A DNA stretch of 63,562 nucleotides, filler included, from Octopus bimaculoides (taxonomy: Eukaryota), in the NCBI RefSeq assembly GCF_001194135.2. It is 5 parts of 4 records of this genome, joined end to end, with 100 filler letters (N's around TTAATTAATTAA, not from the genome) between each part and the next. Parts side by side here need not be neighbours in the genome. Positions count along the whole stretch, not along the records: positions 13,074 to 38,777 come from NC_068983.1; 4 more parts are not named here. One strand, 5' to 3'. Of the stretch, positions 13,661 through 26,739 are shown piece after piece (position 1 is the first letter of the stretch; every line of letters begins with the position of its first letter). The notes under the pieces are model-generated. The model ran no database searches. It was given only the letters and a program-made list of their open reading frames with translations, and was not told the origin of the DNA. A program made the position numbers and the translations under genes.

Positions 13661-14704
13661 TACATCCACTACACTGCGTTCAATTCATCTCCTCCCACTG
13701 CCAGCATCATTACCATCACCAACAAACCATCACCACAGCTACTACTACCTCGACTAACATGGTTGAACTCCACCACAATATAATGAAATTTCCTCATATC
13801 ATTGTAGCTGAACTGCAGTAAGGCGAAGGAACCCCTTTGTGGTTGTTTGACCTGCTAGGAATAGCAACCAAATTTCTCTTAAAGTGGACAGAACTATTTG
13901 ATAATAAAAAAAAAAGAAAAAGAAATGTATGTATGGACACATTTGATTATGCAGTCATAGATATACTATGCCTGAAATATAAGAAAATAAATGAATAAAT
14001 ATATAAGTAAAGGAAAAAATATAAGCTTGTCGGGATTGGAACATCTTTGATCATAGGTTGGATCAATCAGACCTGACCTGGGGTTAAACAACAACAACAA
14101 AACAGCAATAGCAACAACAATAACAACAACTACCACAAAAATAGCAACAACAACAACAACAACAACAATCACAACAACCACAAAAGCAACAACAACGACA
14201 ATAACAATACTAACAATGGTAGCAACAATAACATTAACAGCAACACTGGAGGAAAACAACAACAACAAAAACGCTGACAGCAACAACAATATCTCTAGGT
14301 GATGACAGCAGCTCCTGTGAAGTTCACTGTTCTACACACAGGCACACACACACATACACACACACACACACACACACATACAGGCACCCCCCACCTACAC
14401 ACCCACTCTGCACACACAAATCACACAGCTTTATAGCAGGAAGAGAGAAAGAAAGATGGGGGTGAGAAAAGAAATAAGGAAAGAGCAGCTGGGAGCTTTC
14501 AGTAGCCTCCTTAGTTAAGGCTCTTCCTGTTTTCATACCCTCTAGCTTTTGTTTCTGTATAACTGCCACCCCTTTAAGTCTGCTTGCTTGGGAAGGGAAC
14601 ATATTTTGGGGGCGGTTTTTGATCTTCTTGTTATTCTCATTCCATCTTACACCTTAATGTACCGATCTTCTCCTTTGCTTCCTCCACAAAATGATAATAA
14701 CAGT

Positions 14705-14865
14705 TGTAAATTTAGGCACAAGGGCAGTAGTTTTGTAGGGAGGGGGTTCATCAATAAAATAGCCTCCAGTACTTGACTGGTACTTTATTTCATCGACCCT
14801 GAAAGGATTAAAAAGTAAGGTTCACCTTGGAAGAATTTGAACTCAGAATGTGAAGAGCTAGAATG
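14705..14865 (-). mobile_element. SINE family B
   Basis: Tail-first GGCACAAGG...GACCCTGAAAGGAT...GAATTTGAACTCAG. Confidence 0.7.
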
Positions 14866-14871
14866 AATACT

Positions 14872-15270
14872 CTTATACTCTTATACTTGTTTCAGTCATT
14901 TGATGGTGGCCATGCTGGAGCACTGCCTTTAGTTGAGTAAATTGACCCAGGACTTATTCTTTGTAAGCCTAGTACTTATTCTATCGGTCTCTATTGCCGA
15001 ACCGCTAAGTTACGGGGACGTAAACACACCAGCATCGGTTGTCAAGCGATGTTGTGGGAGACAAACACAGACACACAAACATATACACACACACATACAT
15101 ATATACGACGGGCTTCTTTCAGTTTCCGTAAACCAAATCCACTCACAAGGCCTTGGTTGGCCTGAGGCTATAGTAGAAGACACTTGCCCAAGGTGCCACA
15201 CAGTGGGACTGAACCCGGAACCATGTGGTTGGTAAGCAAGCTACTTACCACACAGCCACTCCTCTGCCTA
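14872..15270 (-). mobile_element. tRNA-derived SINE family A, full length
   Basis: Minus-strand head GGCTGTGTGGTAAGTAGCTTGCTTACCAACCACATGGTTCCGGGTTCAGTCCC, internal (CA)n, TTTTAC-type tail. Many copies in the window. Confidence 0.85.
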
Positions 15271-15374
15271 ATACTGCAAGTTATTTTTATAACCACTCTG
15301 ATTACTCTGGTTGCAATAAAATATTCTGCTCAATACCACAGATTTCCTTATACCATAATGAGTACCAGTCAGTG

Positions 15375-15673
15375 GCTCTCATGGCTTCTGATCTTAAGTG
15401 ATTGGAAGTGTTATCATGTACATGTTTTGTCTCAATATAAAAGATGGGCTACAGCAAATATTCTGTTCAATACAACAGATTTGCTTGTCAGTTGTTTGAC
15501 CTTAACCAGTTGAGCATGTCCCTTAGTGGCTGATGATATGTGGATCTCTGATCCAGAGCAGAAGTAGTGGAGCAGCATCATAGCTATGTGTTGAGAGGAA
15601 TTCTTTGGGGTTTCAATAATTCACCTCTTGAAATATTGGTGTTCCATTCAGCACCTTGGACAGGCTGGACCTG

Positions 15674-15713
<40 letters not shown>

Positions 15714-15715
15714 TA

Positions 15716-15782
<67 letters not shown>

Positions 15783-15811
15783 TGATAATAATAATAATAA
15801 TAATGATGATG

Positions 15812-15869
<58 letters not shown>

Positions 15870-16350
15870 GTTTTGTCTTGGTATAAAACGATGAGCTACA
15901 GCAAATATTCTGCTCAATACCGCAGATTTTCTTGTCAGCTGTTTGACCTGAACCAGTTGAGCATGTCCCTTGGTAGCTGATGATATGTGCATCTCTGATC
16001 ATGAGCAGAAGTAGTGGGGGAGCATCATAGCCATGTGTTGAGAGGAATTCTTTGGGGTTTGAATAATTCACATTTGGAAACATGGGTGTTTTGCTCAACA
16101 TCCTTAAACAAACCTTATTCAGGGACCTTTTGAGCAGGATGGGCTGCTCGACCTGAAGAAAATTCTAACTGGGCCCCTCCTGCGAGGACATGCGCTGTTT
16201 ATCTTGATATGAGATCACCATGTCGTGCACATATGGTTGTGATGCATGTGCCTGGTGTACCCTTATCAGACGGCTAGTCATGATGGGTATACTGGGTTTC
16301 ATATATTTTACCCAGTGTCACTTTGATAGCATGCACTGCTCTCTCACTCA
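15375..16350 (+). mobile_element. Family E repeat: two overlapping-homology copies split by an (AAT)n array
   Basis: 15375-15640 and 15868-16350 share the same internal segment. (AAT/GAT)n lies at 15674-15868 and after 16350. Confidence 0.75.
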
Positions 16351-16368
16351 ATAATAATAATAATAATG

Positions 16369-16431
<63 letters not shown>

Positions 16432-16695
16432 GCTTCAAATTTTGGTACAAGGTCAGCAATTTTGGGGGTTAGGTAAGTTGATTATATCAACTCCAGTGTA
16501 ACACAGGCACAAATTTTATTGACCCTTAAAGGATGAAAGGTAAAGTCGACCTTGGCAACACTAGAACTGAAAACAAAATGCTGCAAGAAATGTTCCTTGA
16601 TGATTTCTTCTGTTATCCAGAATTTGAACTCAGAATATAAGAATAGACAAAATGCCACTAAGCATTTTGCCCAGTGTGCTAATGATTCTACTCTG
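16432..16695 (-). mobile_element. SINE family B, interrupted
   Basis: AAATTTTGGTACAAGG...GGATGAAAGGTAAAGTCGACC, a short insert, then GAATTTGAACTCAG. Confidence 0.65.
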
Positions 16696-16729
16696 ATTCA
16701 AACACCAAGCCAAAAATTATACATATATA

Positions 16730-16895
16730 CAGGGTGCAGTGGTAAAATTGTTGCCATTTTGCATTTTTAATTTCATGCATGTGCATTATTTATTTTTGAC
16801 TTTGTTGACAGCACAGTATGGTAGGGTCAGTTGGACACCATCCGTGAGAAAAACAGCACCATGATGCAATTCATTTTGCCAGAAATTTGGAAATC
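16730..16895 (+). mobile_element. Tc1/mariner 5' end with start of transposase-like ORF
   Basis: TA-CAGGGTG terminus, then ATG at 16861 (MMQFILPEIWK). No matching 3' TIR seen. Confidence 0.5.
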
Positions 16896-17642
16896 TAATC
16901 AAGATATCCTTGGCCTGAAGAGTAGCTGGTGGTATACCTCTTGCTTGGATTTTATCACTTCTGAGATTCCTGGGTCCACTTGCTATGAAATGTATGTAGC
17001 CTGGATTTTTCCTACTACATTCCGTAGCTCTTGTATANNNNNNNNNNGTAAATATATATGTATATATTTACATACATATATATATATATATATATGTATA
17101 TGTATATATACACACTTATATATGTATGTATACACACACCTCTATTTATATGTAGGCACAAAACTTGAATTGTGAGAAAACCCCTCTATTTCAGTTTTAA
17201 TAAAAAAAAGTACTCCATTCTCTACAGTATGTCCTGTGCATTCCTCTCTCAATTTCTGACTTAAACCAAAGTATATATTTATGTACATACACATACAGAA
17301 TTTCATGTTGCCTCTTTTATCTGGCAATGATATTTCCCACAGTGTAAATATTTTATTCTTTCTCTGGTTTCAATCATTGGACTATGTAGCCCAAAAGAGC
17401 TACCACCTTTAAGGTGTTTTTGTTGATCATATCAATCACAGGGGTTATTTCAATCTGCCACTTGTATTATTAATCTCTGTATATTGAACCATCATGTTAC
17501 AAAGAATAAAAAGAAGCAAAATGAAAAAAAAAAAAGCTCAGAAGGTGTTGGATTTCAACATAGAGATAGAAGCACTCACACTCATTATAAGAATTAACCA
17601 GAATTTCGAGAAGTGAGAGATGAAATATTTATTCCAATTATT

Positions 17643-17995
17643 GATTTCAAATTTTGGCACAAGGCCAGCGATTTTGAGGTAGAGCGTAAGTTGATTACAC
17701 CAATCACAGAGTTCAACAGGTACCTATTTTATCCATCCCTGAAATGATGAAAGGCATATTGCTCGGTCTGCTTACAATTCTGTTGCCTCATTTATTCCAT
17801 GTATTTGTTTCAAAGTTTGGCACAAAGCTAGCAAGTTCAGGATGAATGAGATATGTTGGTTGCATTGACTCCAGTGTTCAACTGGCACTTATCTCATTGA
17901 CTCTGAAAGGATAAAAAGCAAAGCCAACCTTGGTGGAACTTGAACTCAGAATGTAAAGATGGACAAACTATGACTAAGCATTTTACCTCACTGCC
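17643..17995 (-). mobile_element. Two adjacent SINE family B copies
   Basis: Tail-first GGCACAAGGCCAGC at about 17657 and GGCACAAAGCTAGC at about 17819. The second runs through GAACTTTGAACTCAG. Confidence 0.65.
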
Positions 17996-19264
17996 TCATT
18001 TCTTCTATACATTAACAGCTGTTTCATAATCTGTCAACATATGGAATGAATATTTCATCTCTCATTTCTTTGAATTTTGGTTAATTATTATATAATCTCC
18101 ACCATTGTGATTCTTGGATTTTCAGAAGGACAATAAGATTAACTTTATAGCCTTATCTCAACTAGCAGAAATCTTATCCTGACTTCTATTTTATCCTTTG
18201 AATTTCTATGCCTGTTAATACACACACACACACACACACACACATGTATGTATGTATGCATATCTTCAAATATGAAAAAGAAGCAGCTTGATGTATATAA
18301 ACAAAAATGAATACACATACAAGGGCGCGTGTGTTGTAAGTTCGTGGATTGGTTGTGTTTTAGACATAAGAGAACATATTCTCAATGTGCTTGGTGATAA
18401 AAATGCCTGAAAGTAAGTCATAGATATACAGCATTGAAAAGTCACAACAATGACAAAACATCAATGCCTGTCATTCTGGAAAGGGACCTGATGTGAATTG
18501 CCTCGCTTGCCTATGACTTAATTTCAGGTATTTTTAACACCAAGCGCATTGTGTATATATACTCTTATGCCTAAAACGCAGCTGACTCATGGACTAACAA
18601 CACACACACACCTTGTGTATATGTGTTCTATTTTGGAAGAAGAACCCAGACAGATGACAATAAACCATCCAAACAGATGGATGATACAACGACGGACAGG
18701 AGAGACAACAAACAGACAGACAAGTAAAAAACAGGTCATTCGTAGCCTTCTCTCATCAGTCAAGTTTCCAGATCATCCTTACAGCTTTGGCTGGTAACAC
18801 TTGAGACTTCAAATCTGGCTAGCCCCAAAAATCTAAACTAAGAGCATTAAATTTTGGGTGAGAAAACAAGCAAATGTGTACAATAACAAAGACAAAAAGG
18901 AGAAATACATAAATGCACACATATATATATGATAAACTTCTGCAGTAATCTGGTTCAGAGAATTGAAGCCTAAATCAGATAGCTGCAAAAACAAATTTCT
19001 TAGTCGCGTAGCTATTCCAGCTAAAATGTATGATCTTCCTAATAAATAAATATAGGGTCACATAGAAGGCTATGATGCTAAGCAAGAAGTGTAGGTGGTG
19101 ACTTTGCAAGTCCGTAGATACATGGTTTGATCCAATGCATCTTGTTTTTTGGGGGGTGGGGGGAGAGAGAGAAGAGGGTACTGTCAATAAACAACAGCAA
19201 TAACACAATGATCCTTACCTTATATTTGAATATTTGAGTATGCATTTACACACATATGCATGCG

Positions 19265-19311
<47 letters not shown>

Positions 19312-19439
19312 NNNNNNNNNNNNNNNNNNNNNNNNNNNNNNNNNNNNNNNNNNNNNNNNNNNNNNNNNNNNNNNNNNNNNNNNNNNNNNNNNNNNNNNNN
19401 NNNNNNNNNNNNNNNNNNNNNNNNNNNNNNNNNNTATAT

Positions 19440-19524
<85 letters not shown>

Positions 19525-19634
19525 TCCCGAAAAATTAATTTGCGATGGTGTCATTAATTCTATTATCATCCAATGTAACTATTTTAAGAATGATAATAAC
19601 AGAATCAATGACACAGGTGACAGCAGGCCAAAAG

Positions 19635-19815
19635 TAGCATTAAATAGCCAAGGGATTAAAATTAATCAAAGGACATACTAAGTATGTCTAGCTGCTTAAA
19701 ATAACAGTCAAAACTCTTATTAAAATTTAATAAGAATTTTGACTGTTATTTCAAGCAGGTAGACATACTTAGCATGTCCTTTGATTAATTTTAATCCCTT
19801 GGCTATTTAATGCTA
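19635..19815. repeat. 181-bp near-perfect palindrome (fold-back)
   Basis: Arms 19635-19724 and 19726-19815 match at 86 of 90 positions, with a 1-nt centre. Confidence 0.95.
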
Positions 19816-19817
19816 TT

Positions 19818-19861
<44 letters not shown>

Positions 19862-20419
19862 GATAGATACATATTGTGTATGTGTGTATGTATGTATAAA
19901 TGTACAAATATACGTCTGGTTTGCGAATGTGTTGATAAATGCTATATAAACTATTTACCTATTAACCTTCATTGCTCCTACTAAAGAAACACACTTTACT
20001 ACAACTACCACTGATACTGCCACTCCTGCTGCTGCTGCTGTTGCCCTACCTCAAGTCAAATATAAACTAATGGGACCCTGAACGACAATAACATAAGGTC
20101 TATAGTGATATCACCCTACCCAATCTCAACCCCTACCTTCTCTGCTGCCATTTCAATAACACAAGCTCTCAATCTCTCCTGCCCCACTTAGATAATCCAG
20201 ACTCCTGAAAGAAGGAAGCAGTATTGAATAAACAAGTATGTCTGTTTGGCACTATAGCAATCTAATAAAACATAGAATGGTAAGTAGTTAACTTAGCACC
20301 AACCATCTAGGCCCTTCTCTTCCAGAGAGCTTTAGAGGACAGAAAGCATAGAATGAATATTTTAATGACTGATTGCCTTTCTCCCAGTTTGTATGTATGT
20401 ATGTATGTATGTATGTATG

Positions 20420-20461
<42 letters not shown>

Positions 20462-20567
20462 CCTGTCTGCCTGTCTGTCTGTCTGTCAATATATATGTCT
20501 ATATGTACAAACATATATATATAGAGAGTCGATAGATAGATAGATAGATAGATATATAGATAGATAT

Positions 20568-20667
<100 letters not shown>

Positions 20668-20724
20668 ATACCTATGTATATGTTTATATATGTATGTATA
20701 TATATATATATATATAAACAGTAA

Positions 20725-21045
20725 AGACCACCTTCAGTCATGAATGACTGTGAGATTGTGCCTAGAATGTTCCCCTTCGAGGCACATGTCTCGGCAAGGT
20801 GGAAGTCCTGCAGTCACCCATGCATACAAGTCTCCCCCCTCTCCCTACCATTAATGTTGTCCAAGGGAAAGGCAAAGGTTGATACACCTTGGTGCCAGTT
20901 ATCTTGCAACACATTTTTACAGCTGAGAGAACTAAAGCATCATGAAATAAAGTGTCTTGCTCAAGAACACAACTCACAGCCTAGTCTGAGAACTGAAGTC
21001 ACAACCTCATGATTGAAAGCTTGACACCCTAACCACCGAACTATA
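20725..21045 (-). mobile_element. tRNA-derived SINE family C1
   Basis: Reverse complement of 47690-48015 (AAATAAAGTGTCTTGCTCAAG, GGGAAAGGCAAAGG). Confidence 0.75.
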
Positions 21046-21209
21046 AACAGCAATTAGTAACATGAGATTAATGAATATTTTTATGGCTTATTGGACTGAA
21101 TTCAGTTCCTCTGATGAAACAGGCTGTCTGCAAAGAGACCAGCATCCTATCAAAGGAGAGATTTATCTATCTATTTGTAACTACTAAAACTGGGAGTGGG
21201 CACCACATG

Positions 21210-21490
21210 CAGGCATTATATTGGTACAGATAAGCATCAATCTTGTGGACAGTAGAGTTACAAATAGATTCCAGCCCTATGGATTATAGTGGCACAAATA
21301 GATAGTAGGTCTATGGATTACAACAGTACAAATATATACAAGGCCAATGGATTATAATGGCATAAATGGACACTAGATCTATGGATAATAATGGTGCAAA
21401 GAGACACCAGATCTGTGGATTATAATGACTCAAATAGACACATTCTGATGGATCATAGTGGCACAGATGGATATTAGATTCATGGATTCA
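21210..21490. repeat. Degenerate ~34-bp minisatellite
   Basis: About 8 units resembling CTATGGATTATAGTGGCACAAATAGACACCAGAT. Confidence 0.8.
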
Positions 21491-21900
21491 TCATTATTAT
21501 CATCATCAGTTAATGTTTGTTTTCCATGCTGGCATGGGTTGGATGGTTTTATAGGAATTGGCATGTCAGAGGACTGCACCAAATCCTACTGTCTGATTTG
21601 GCCTAGTTTTCTACAGCCTACCACTTTACTGAGTTCACTAGAGGCTTTTTTACTTGGCACCAGCACCAGTGAGGTCATCAAGTAACTTGCAAGACAAAGA
21701 TAGCCTTAACTGAGAACGGTGAATGGTATTGAGCAAGATGGTTTTGTGCCTGGTGATGTGAGATTAAACTATGATAGAGGGACAGAAACAGGTGTTATGT
21801 TGTAGAGAAGATACATCATACATGGTCAGTCAGAGAGAGGAAGAGTGAGAGAGAGAGAGAGGGAGATGGTATGGCAAAAATAGATGCCAGGTCAGACACT
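21485..21900 (-). mobile_element. Family D repeat, (GAT)n-tailed, probably RTE-associated
   Basis: ATCATCA...TTTCCATGCTGGCATGGGTTGGA end shared with 32985, 33385, 41355 and 55075. Confidence 0.65.
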
Positions 21901-21959
21901 GGTGCCTACAAACAGTTACCGGTCCTTTGAATTATTGTGTATAGATAGACATTTAATAA

Positions 21960-22265
21960 CCCTACGGAATATAATGGTACAAATAGGTGTCATGGATTAT
22001 AGTGGTATAGTGGTGCAAATGTACACCTATCTATGAATCCTAGTGGTGAGATTAAACTATGATAGGACAGAAACAGGTCTTACTGTAGAAGAGATACGTG
22101 GTTAGCCCATTCAGAGGTAGACAGAGAGAGAGAGAAAGAGATAATATCTCTATGGATTATAAATGGACAAATAGATATGCAATCAATATCCTAGTGGTAC
22201 AATTAGACATTAGATCTATAGATTATCAGACTAAAAATGGGTACTAGCTCAATGGGTCCACATAA
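21960..22265. repeat. Second patch of the 34-bp minisatellite, interleaved with a family D fragment
   Basis: Recurring ATGGATTATA..GG.ACAAAT units. 22045-22135 repeats 21755-21840. Confidence 0.65.
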
Positions 22266-22969
22266 GGGGGAAAATGAATGAAAATAATTAGCTTTCTTAA
22301 CACTAAACCTTTCTCAATCTTTTTTTTTTTTTTTAAGTTAATTTCTGTAAATGAGAAAATCTTTAATTCAGACAGAATTAATAATATTTGTCTGCTACAT
22401 AGAGACTTTTAAGTGAGTTTGGAAATGAATCAGGGAAGAAAGGAAGAGAAAGAAAGAAGCTGAAATTATATAAACTTGAGTTATATACACTTTTTGTCAT
22501 ATCTTTTTTGTTTGTTATTTATATTTATTTTTATCCCTTTCACATATGAAACTGTTGGCTCCCATCCTCATCTCCAGTAAAAGCTATTGAAAACCAGGAA
22601 TAAACACAAATAGTAAACTAACACTACATACTTTCACTCAGTAAATCTTGCATCTGTTTCTTTCAATTTGGTTTGTAGAATAAAGTAGAAAAGAGATATT
22701 CAGACTATAATAGTGTGTGCCAATATTTACAAGTCCCTTTTGAACTGGATACTTTCTGTTAATATAAAAGTGTGCTGACAAGAATTAAAGAAAAATATAT
22801 CAAAGAAACAAACTTTCTTCATGTAGATTTCTTTCTTTCTTTCTTGTTTTTCTTTTATTTTTTGTACTTAGTCTTTATTTCGTTTTATTTATTTTTACAG
22901 CAAATGTATGTAAAAATTGTCTAATAATTGTAATAATGAAATAACAGTGACAAGAATGACAGCGTAAAT

Positions 22970-22993
22970 AACAACAACAATAATAATAATAAT

Positions 22994-23069
<76 letters not shown>

Positions 23070-23294
23070 GTAATAATAACTTTAAGAAGAACAACAATTA
23101 CAATGACAATAATAATAACGATAATAATAAGAATAATAACAACATCAACAACAATATGAATAATAATAAAAACAAAATACTAAAATGACGACATTGATAA
23201 TTATAATGATGATGATGAGGATGATAATTACCATTTCTTTATTTATGACAGGGCTCATATAATAACAATAATAATAATAATAATAATAATGATG

Positions 23295-23340
<46 letters not shown>

Positions 23341-23342
23341 TG

Positions 23343-23409
<67 letters not shown>

Positions 23410-23440
23410 TAATAATGATAATAATAATAATAATAATAAT
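22970..23440. repeat. Long (AAT)n microsatellite region
   Basis: Direct reading. Confidence 0.9.
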
Positions 23441-23838
23441 AAAGCATAGCAAAATGTAGAAGTAGTTGAATGAAGAGTGCTTGGAAATGTTTATAAACAA
23501 CTTCTCAGTTTGTGTTTAAATCTCTATAAACAGTTTCAAGTGGAGCAACAGACACACAGACAGACAGGCAGACATAAAATTGCTAGACAGCCTTATATGT
23601 ACAAGTTAATTACTTTCTAACAAAATCTGGTAATGAAATAGAGCCCATTGAATTTTCAGTAATATTCTTAAGGGGCCGAAAATCTATATACTTAAAAAAG
23701 AATCATATCCTAGATTGTACATCAAAATAAATGGAAATTTAAGAGATGTATATTGTACTTCTTGTCTGCAAGTCTGCTGCCTGTATCTTTAATATACATT
23801 ATACATATGTGTATTTCCATGTATGCCCAGGTAGTGGC

Positions 23839-24263
23839 CAGTGCTGGATTAACCATTAAGCAAAATAAGCATGTGCTTACGGCATCAAGGGAAAGAAGGG
23901 ACACCACAGAAATGGTACATGGTTTATGGTACAAAAGAAATCACTTTAAACTTGCTAAAATAATATTCGGGATGCCTTTATCTCTACTAAGTATAGATGC
24001 AGATGTGTTACCCAAGATTAATTTTGAGGATTGGATCAAAGACATGCAATTCAAAGAAGTAGAAGTGAAACTTTTCAAATATAAATAAAATGGAAGTATA
24101 CAAAAATAAACATTATTTTCCCTCTTACCGTTTTGTTTCGTCTTGAAAAATAAAAATTTATTCTATGGTTTGTTATTGTTTATATTTTGAATTACATAAT
24201 CTTTTATGAGGTACCAAAATCTTTTAAGTGCTTAGGGCCTCGATGGGACTTAATCCGGCCCGG
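23839..24263. mobile_element. Non-autonomous hAT element with 8-bp TSD
   Basis: TIRs CAGTGCTGGATTAA / TTAATCCGGCCCGG (11/14 match). Flanks GTAGTGGC (23831-23838) and GTAGTGGT (24264-24271). Confidence 0.8.
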
Positions 24264-24449
24264 GTAGTGGTATAGCTAATAGGGGAGAGAGACCACTCTT
24301 CTCAACCAAATTTTTCAGCATCTCTTTCACGTCACAGCTATCTCAGTAGTTGTCATGACATTGTTACTGAAATGTAAAATTAATGAATGTAGAATACAAT
24401 TACATATACTACAGCTAACGAATATTTCTTATTTATCTTTAATCTTCTG

Positions 24450-24840
24450 CTTGTTTCAGCCACTGACTACGGCCATGCTGGGGCACCATCTTGAAGGGTT
24501 TTCAATTGAACAAATCAACCCCAGGACTTATTGCTTTATAATCCTGGTGCTTATTCTATTGCTCCCTTTTTGCCAAACTGCTAAGTTACGGGGACGTAAT
24601 GCACCAACACCGGTTATCAAGTAGTAGTGGGGAACAAACACAAATACAGACACACACACACACATGCACACACACACACCTATACAACAGACCTCTTACA
24701 GTTTTTGTCTACTAAATCCACTCATAAGGCTTTGGTCAGCTTGGGGTTATAGTAGAAAACACTTGCCCAAGGTGCCATGTGGTGGGCAGCTTCTTACCAC
24801 ACAGTGGCAAGCTTCTTACTCCACAGTCACACCTGCACCT
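24450..24840 (-). mobile_element. SINE family A, diverged
   Basis: Homology to 14872-15270, with many CpG-to-TpG/CpA changes. Confidence 0.75.
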
Positions 24841-25045
24841 ATGAAATATTTCTTGTAATATATGAGAGGTTAGTTAATGATTATTTGGTAGGTGTTACAG
24901 TGTATTTTTTGGTTGTGTTCAGTTCCCCTAAGCTGGCTATGTTTATGATACTGAATCCAGGTACAAACATATTTCAATAGAAGACTTGAACTTTGACATG
25001 AAATTAAGTTTGAAGAAAATCTTAAAACCTTTTAAAAGTATTTTT

Positions 25046-25387
25046 AGGTGTGGATGTGTGGTAAGAAGCTTGCTTCCCAACCACATGGTTCCAGGTTCAG
25101 TCCTACTGCATGACACCTTGGGCAAGTGTCTTCTACTATATGTGTGTGTGTGTGTGTGTCTGTGTGTGTGTGTTTTGTGCCTGTGTTTGTCCTCCCACCA
25201 CCATTGTTTGACAACTGACGTTGGTGTGTTTGCACCCCTGAAACTTAGTGGTTCAGCAAAAGAGACTGATAGAATAAGTACTAGACTTACAAGGAATTAA
25301 GTCCTGGGGTTGATTTCTTTGACTAAAAAGTGGTGCCTGAGCATGGTCACAGTTAAATGGCTGAAACAAGTAAAACAAAATAAAAGA
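25046..25387 (+). mobile_element. SINE family A
   Basis: Head GTGTGGTAAGAAGCTTGCTTCCCAACCACATGGTTCCAGGTTCAGTCC; tail CTGAAACAAGTAAAA. Confidence 0.8.
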
Positions 25388-25639
25388 AAATTAAAGGATT
25401 TAAAAAGCATGTGGCTTAAAGCTGAAAATTCCTTTAAATCACACTTAACTGTTTTGAAAATCAGGATCACATAATAAGTATTAGATGTACTCTGTCTTTA
25501 ATAATATTGATTGTCAGAGTTGGAGTACCTTTGATTATATGTTTGTTAATCAACGATGACAAAAGGTACATATGAAAGGTTGAGCCAACAGAAAACCCTC
25601 CATGTGGTCACTCGACACATTAGAAATAGCAGTCAAAAT

Positions 25640-25740
25640 TTCTACTAAATCACATTCTGTCTACTAATCCCATTCTGTCTACTAATCCCATTCTGTCGAT
25701 ATTCATTCTACTAAATCACATTCTACTAAATCACATTCTG
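25640..25740. repeat. Short minisatellite (17-18 bp, CTACTAA(A)TC(A/C)CATTCTGT)
   Basis: About 5 imperfect tandem units. Confidence 0.75.
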
Positions 25741-26739
25741 GTTTGTCTTTCCCCGCATACACTTTGTTAGCTGTGATCAAGTGGACCCATGATTAAAGGT
25801 GTTCCAACAGTGATCGTCCAATTTTAAAAAAAGAATAAACACACTGGATAATTAAATGAAGCAGCCAGAACAGGATCATCTGCTCAATCAGAACTAAACT
25901 AAAAAGAAACAAAACAACAAAAAAAAAGAAGAAAAAACATATGAAAGGCACAGGAAATATATATTATAAATATGATTGACTGATTCTTCTCACCGCAGCT
26001 CATAAATGCCTATAAATGTAGTCAATAATCATTTAGACATTGAAGTAATAGAAATGGTACCACAATACACTAAACACTTTACATTATTTAGCTTTTGTTT
26101 TTTACTCATGTCTTGATTTTGAAATCCCATAGGTTTGATTTTGTCTTTTATCCCCTTATGCTTAATGAAATAACAATCAGGCATATATTGGCATTAAATC
26201 AATTTGCTTGACACTCCTATTAAAAGTTAATCAATTGTGCCAACATAAAAAGTCAATATTACTAAGAACTATATTTCCTACTTGTCTATATTCTTTTTTA
26301 TAGTTTTACATTTATTTGTTAATTATATGTATTATGTGTTGGGTAGTTTTAGAAATATTTTTGTTAGTATCTATCTTCCTTTTTTTTTTATCTTGATTTG
26401 AACTCACACTACTCAACGTGACACCAAGTGCAGAAAAACAAAACATTTACATTAAAGGTCTTACTATCTCCGTTGCTCTATATGAGTGCTACAAATACCT
26501 GTGTGTTGATTAAAATATATTTCACCAGAGCAATGAGAATGATGGTAGAGTGACCAAAGAATATTAGTCCACACTTTTAAAACAATATAGAACTCAAAAT
26601 TACCCCTTTCAATACGACACTATCTCAGAGTATTTTGCCAGATTGGTACTGATACCAAGAGAGAAAAAATAAGTTCCTATTTCCTATTGACTGGCTCATA
26701 GATAATATCTGATCCATAGATATGAAAATCCAAAATATT

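Noticed and set aside
21210-21490. CRISPR-like regular spacing
   Set aside because: Contiguous degenerate tandem units with no unique spacers, in a eukaryotic context.
22705-22770. PX-domain-like KVEKRYSDYNSVCQYL after a good acceptor
   Set aside because: Short, stops soon after, no convincing donor, no partner exons.
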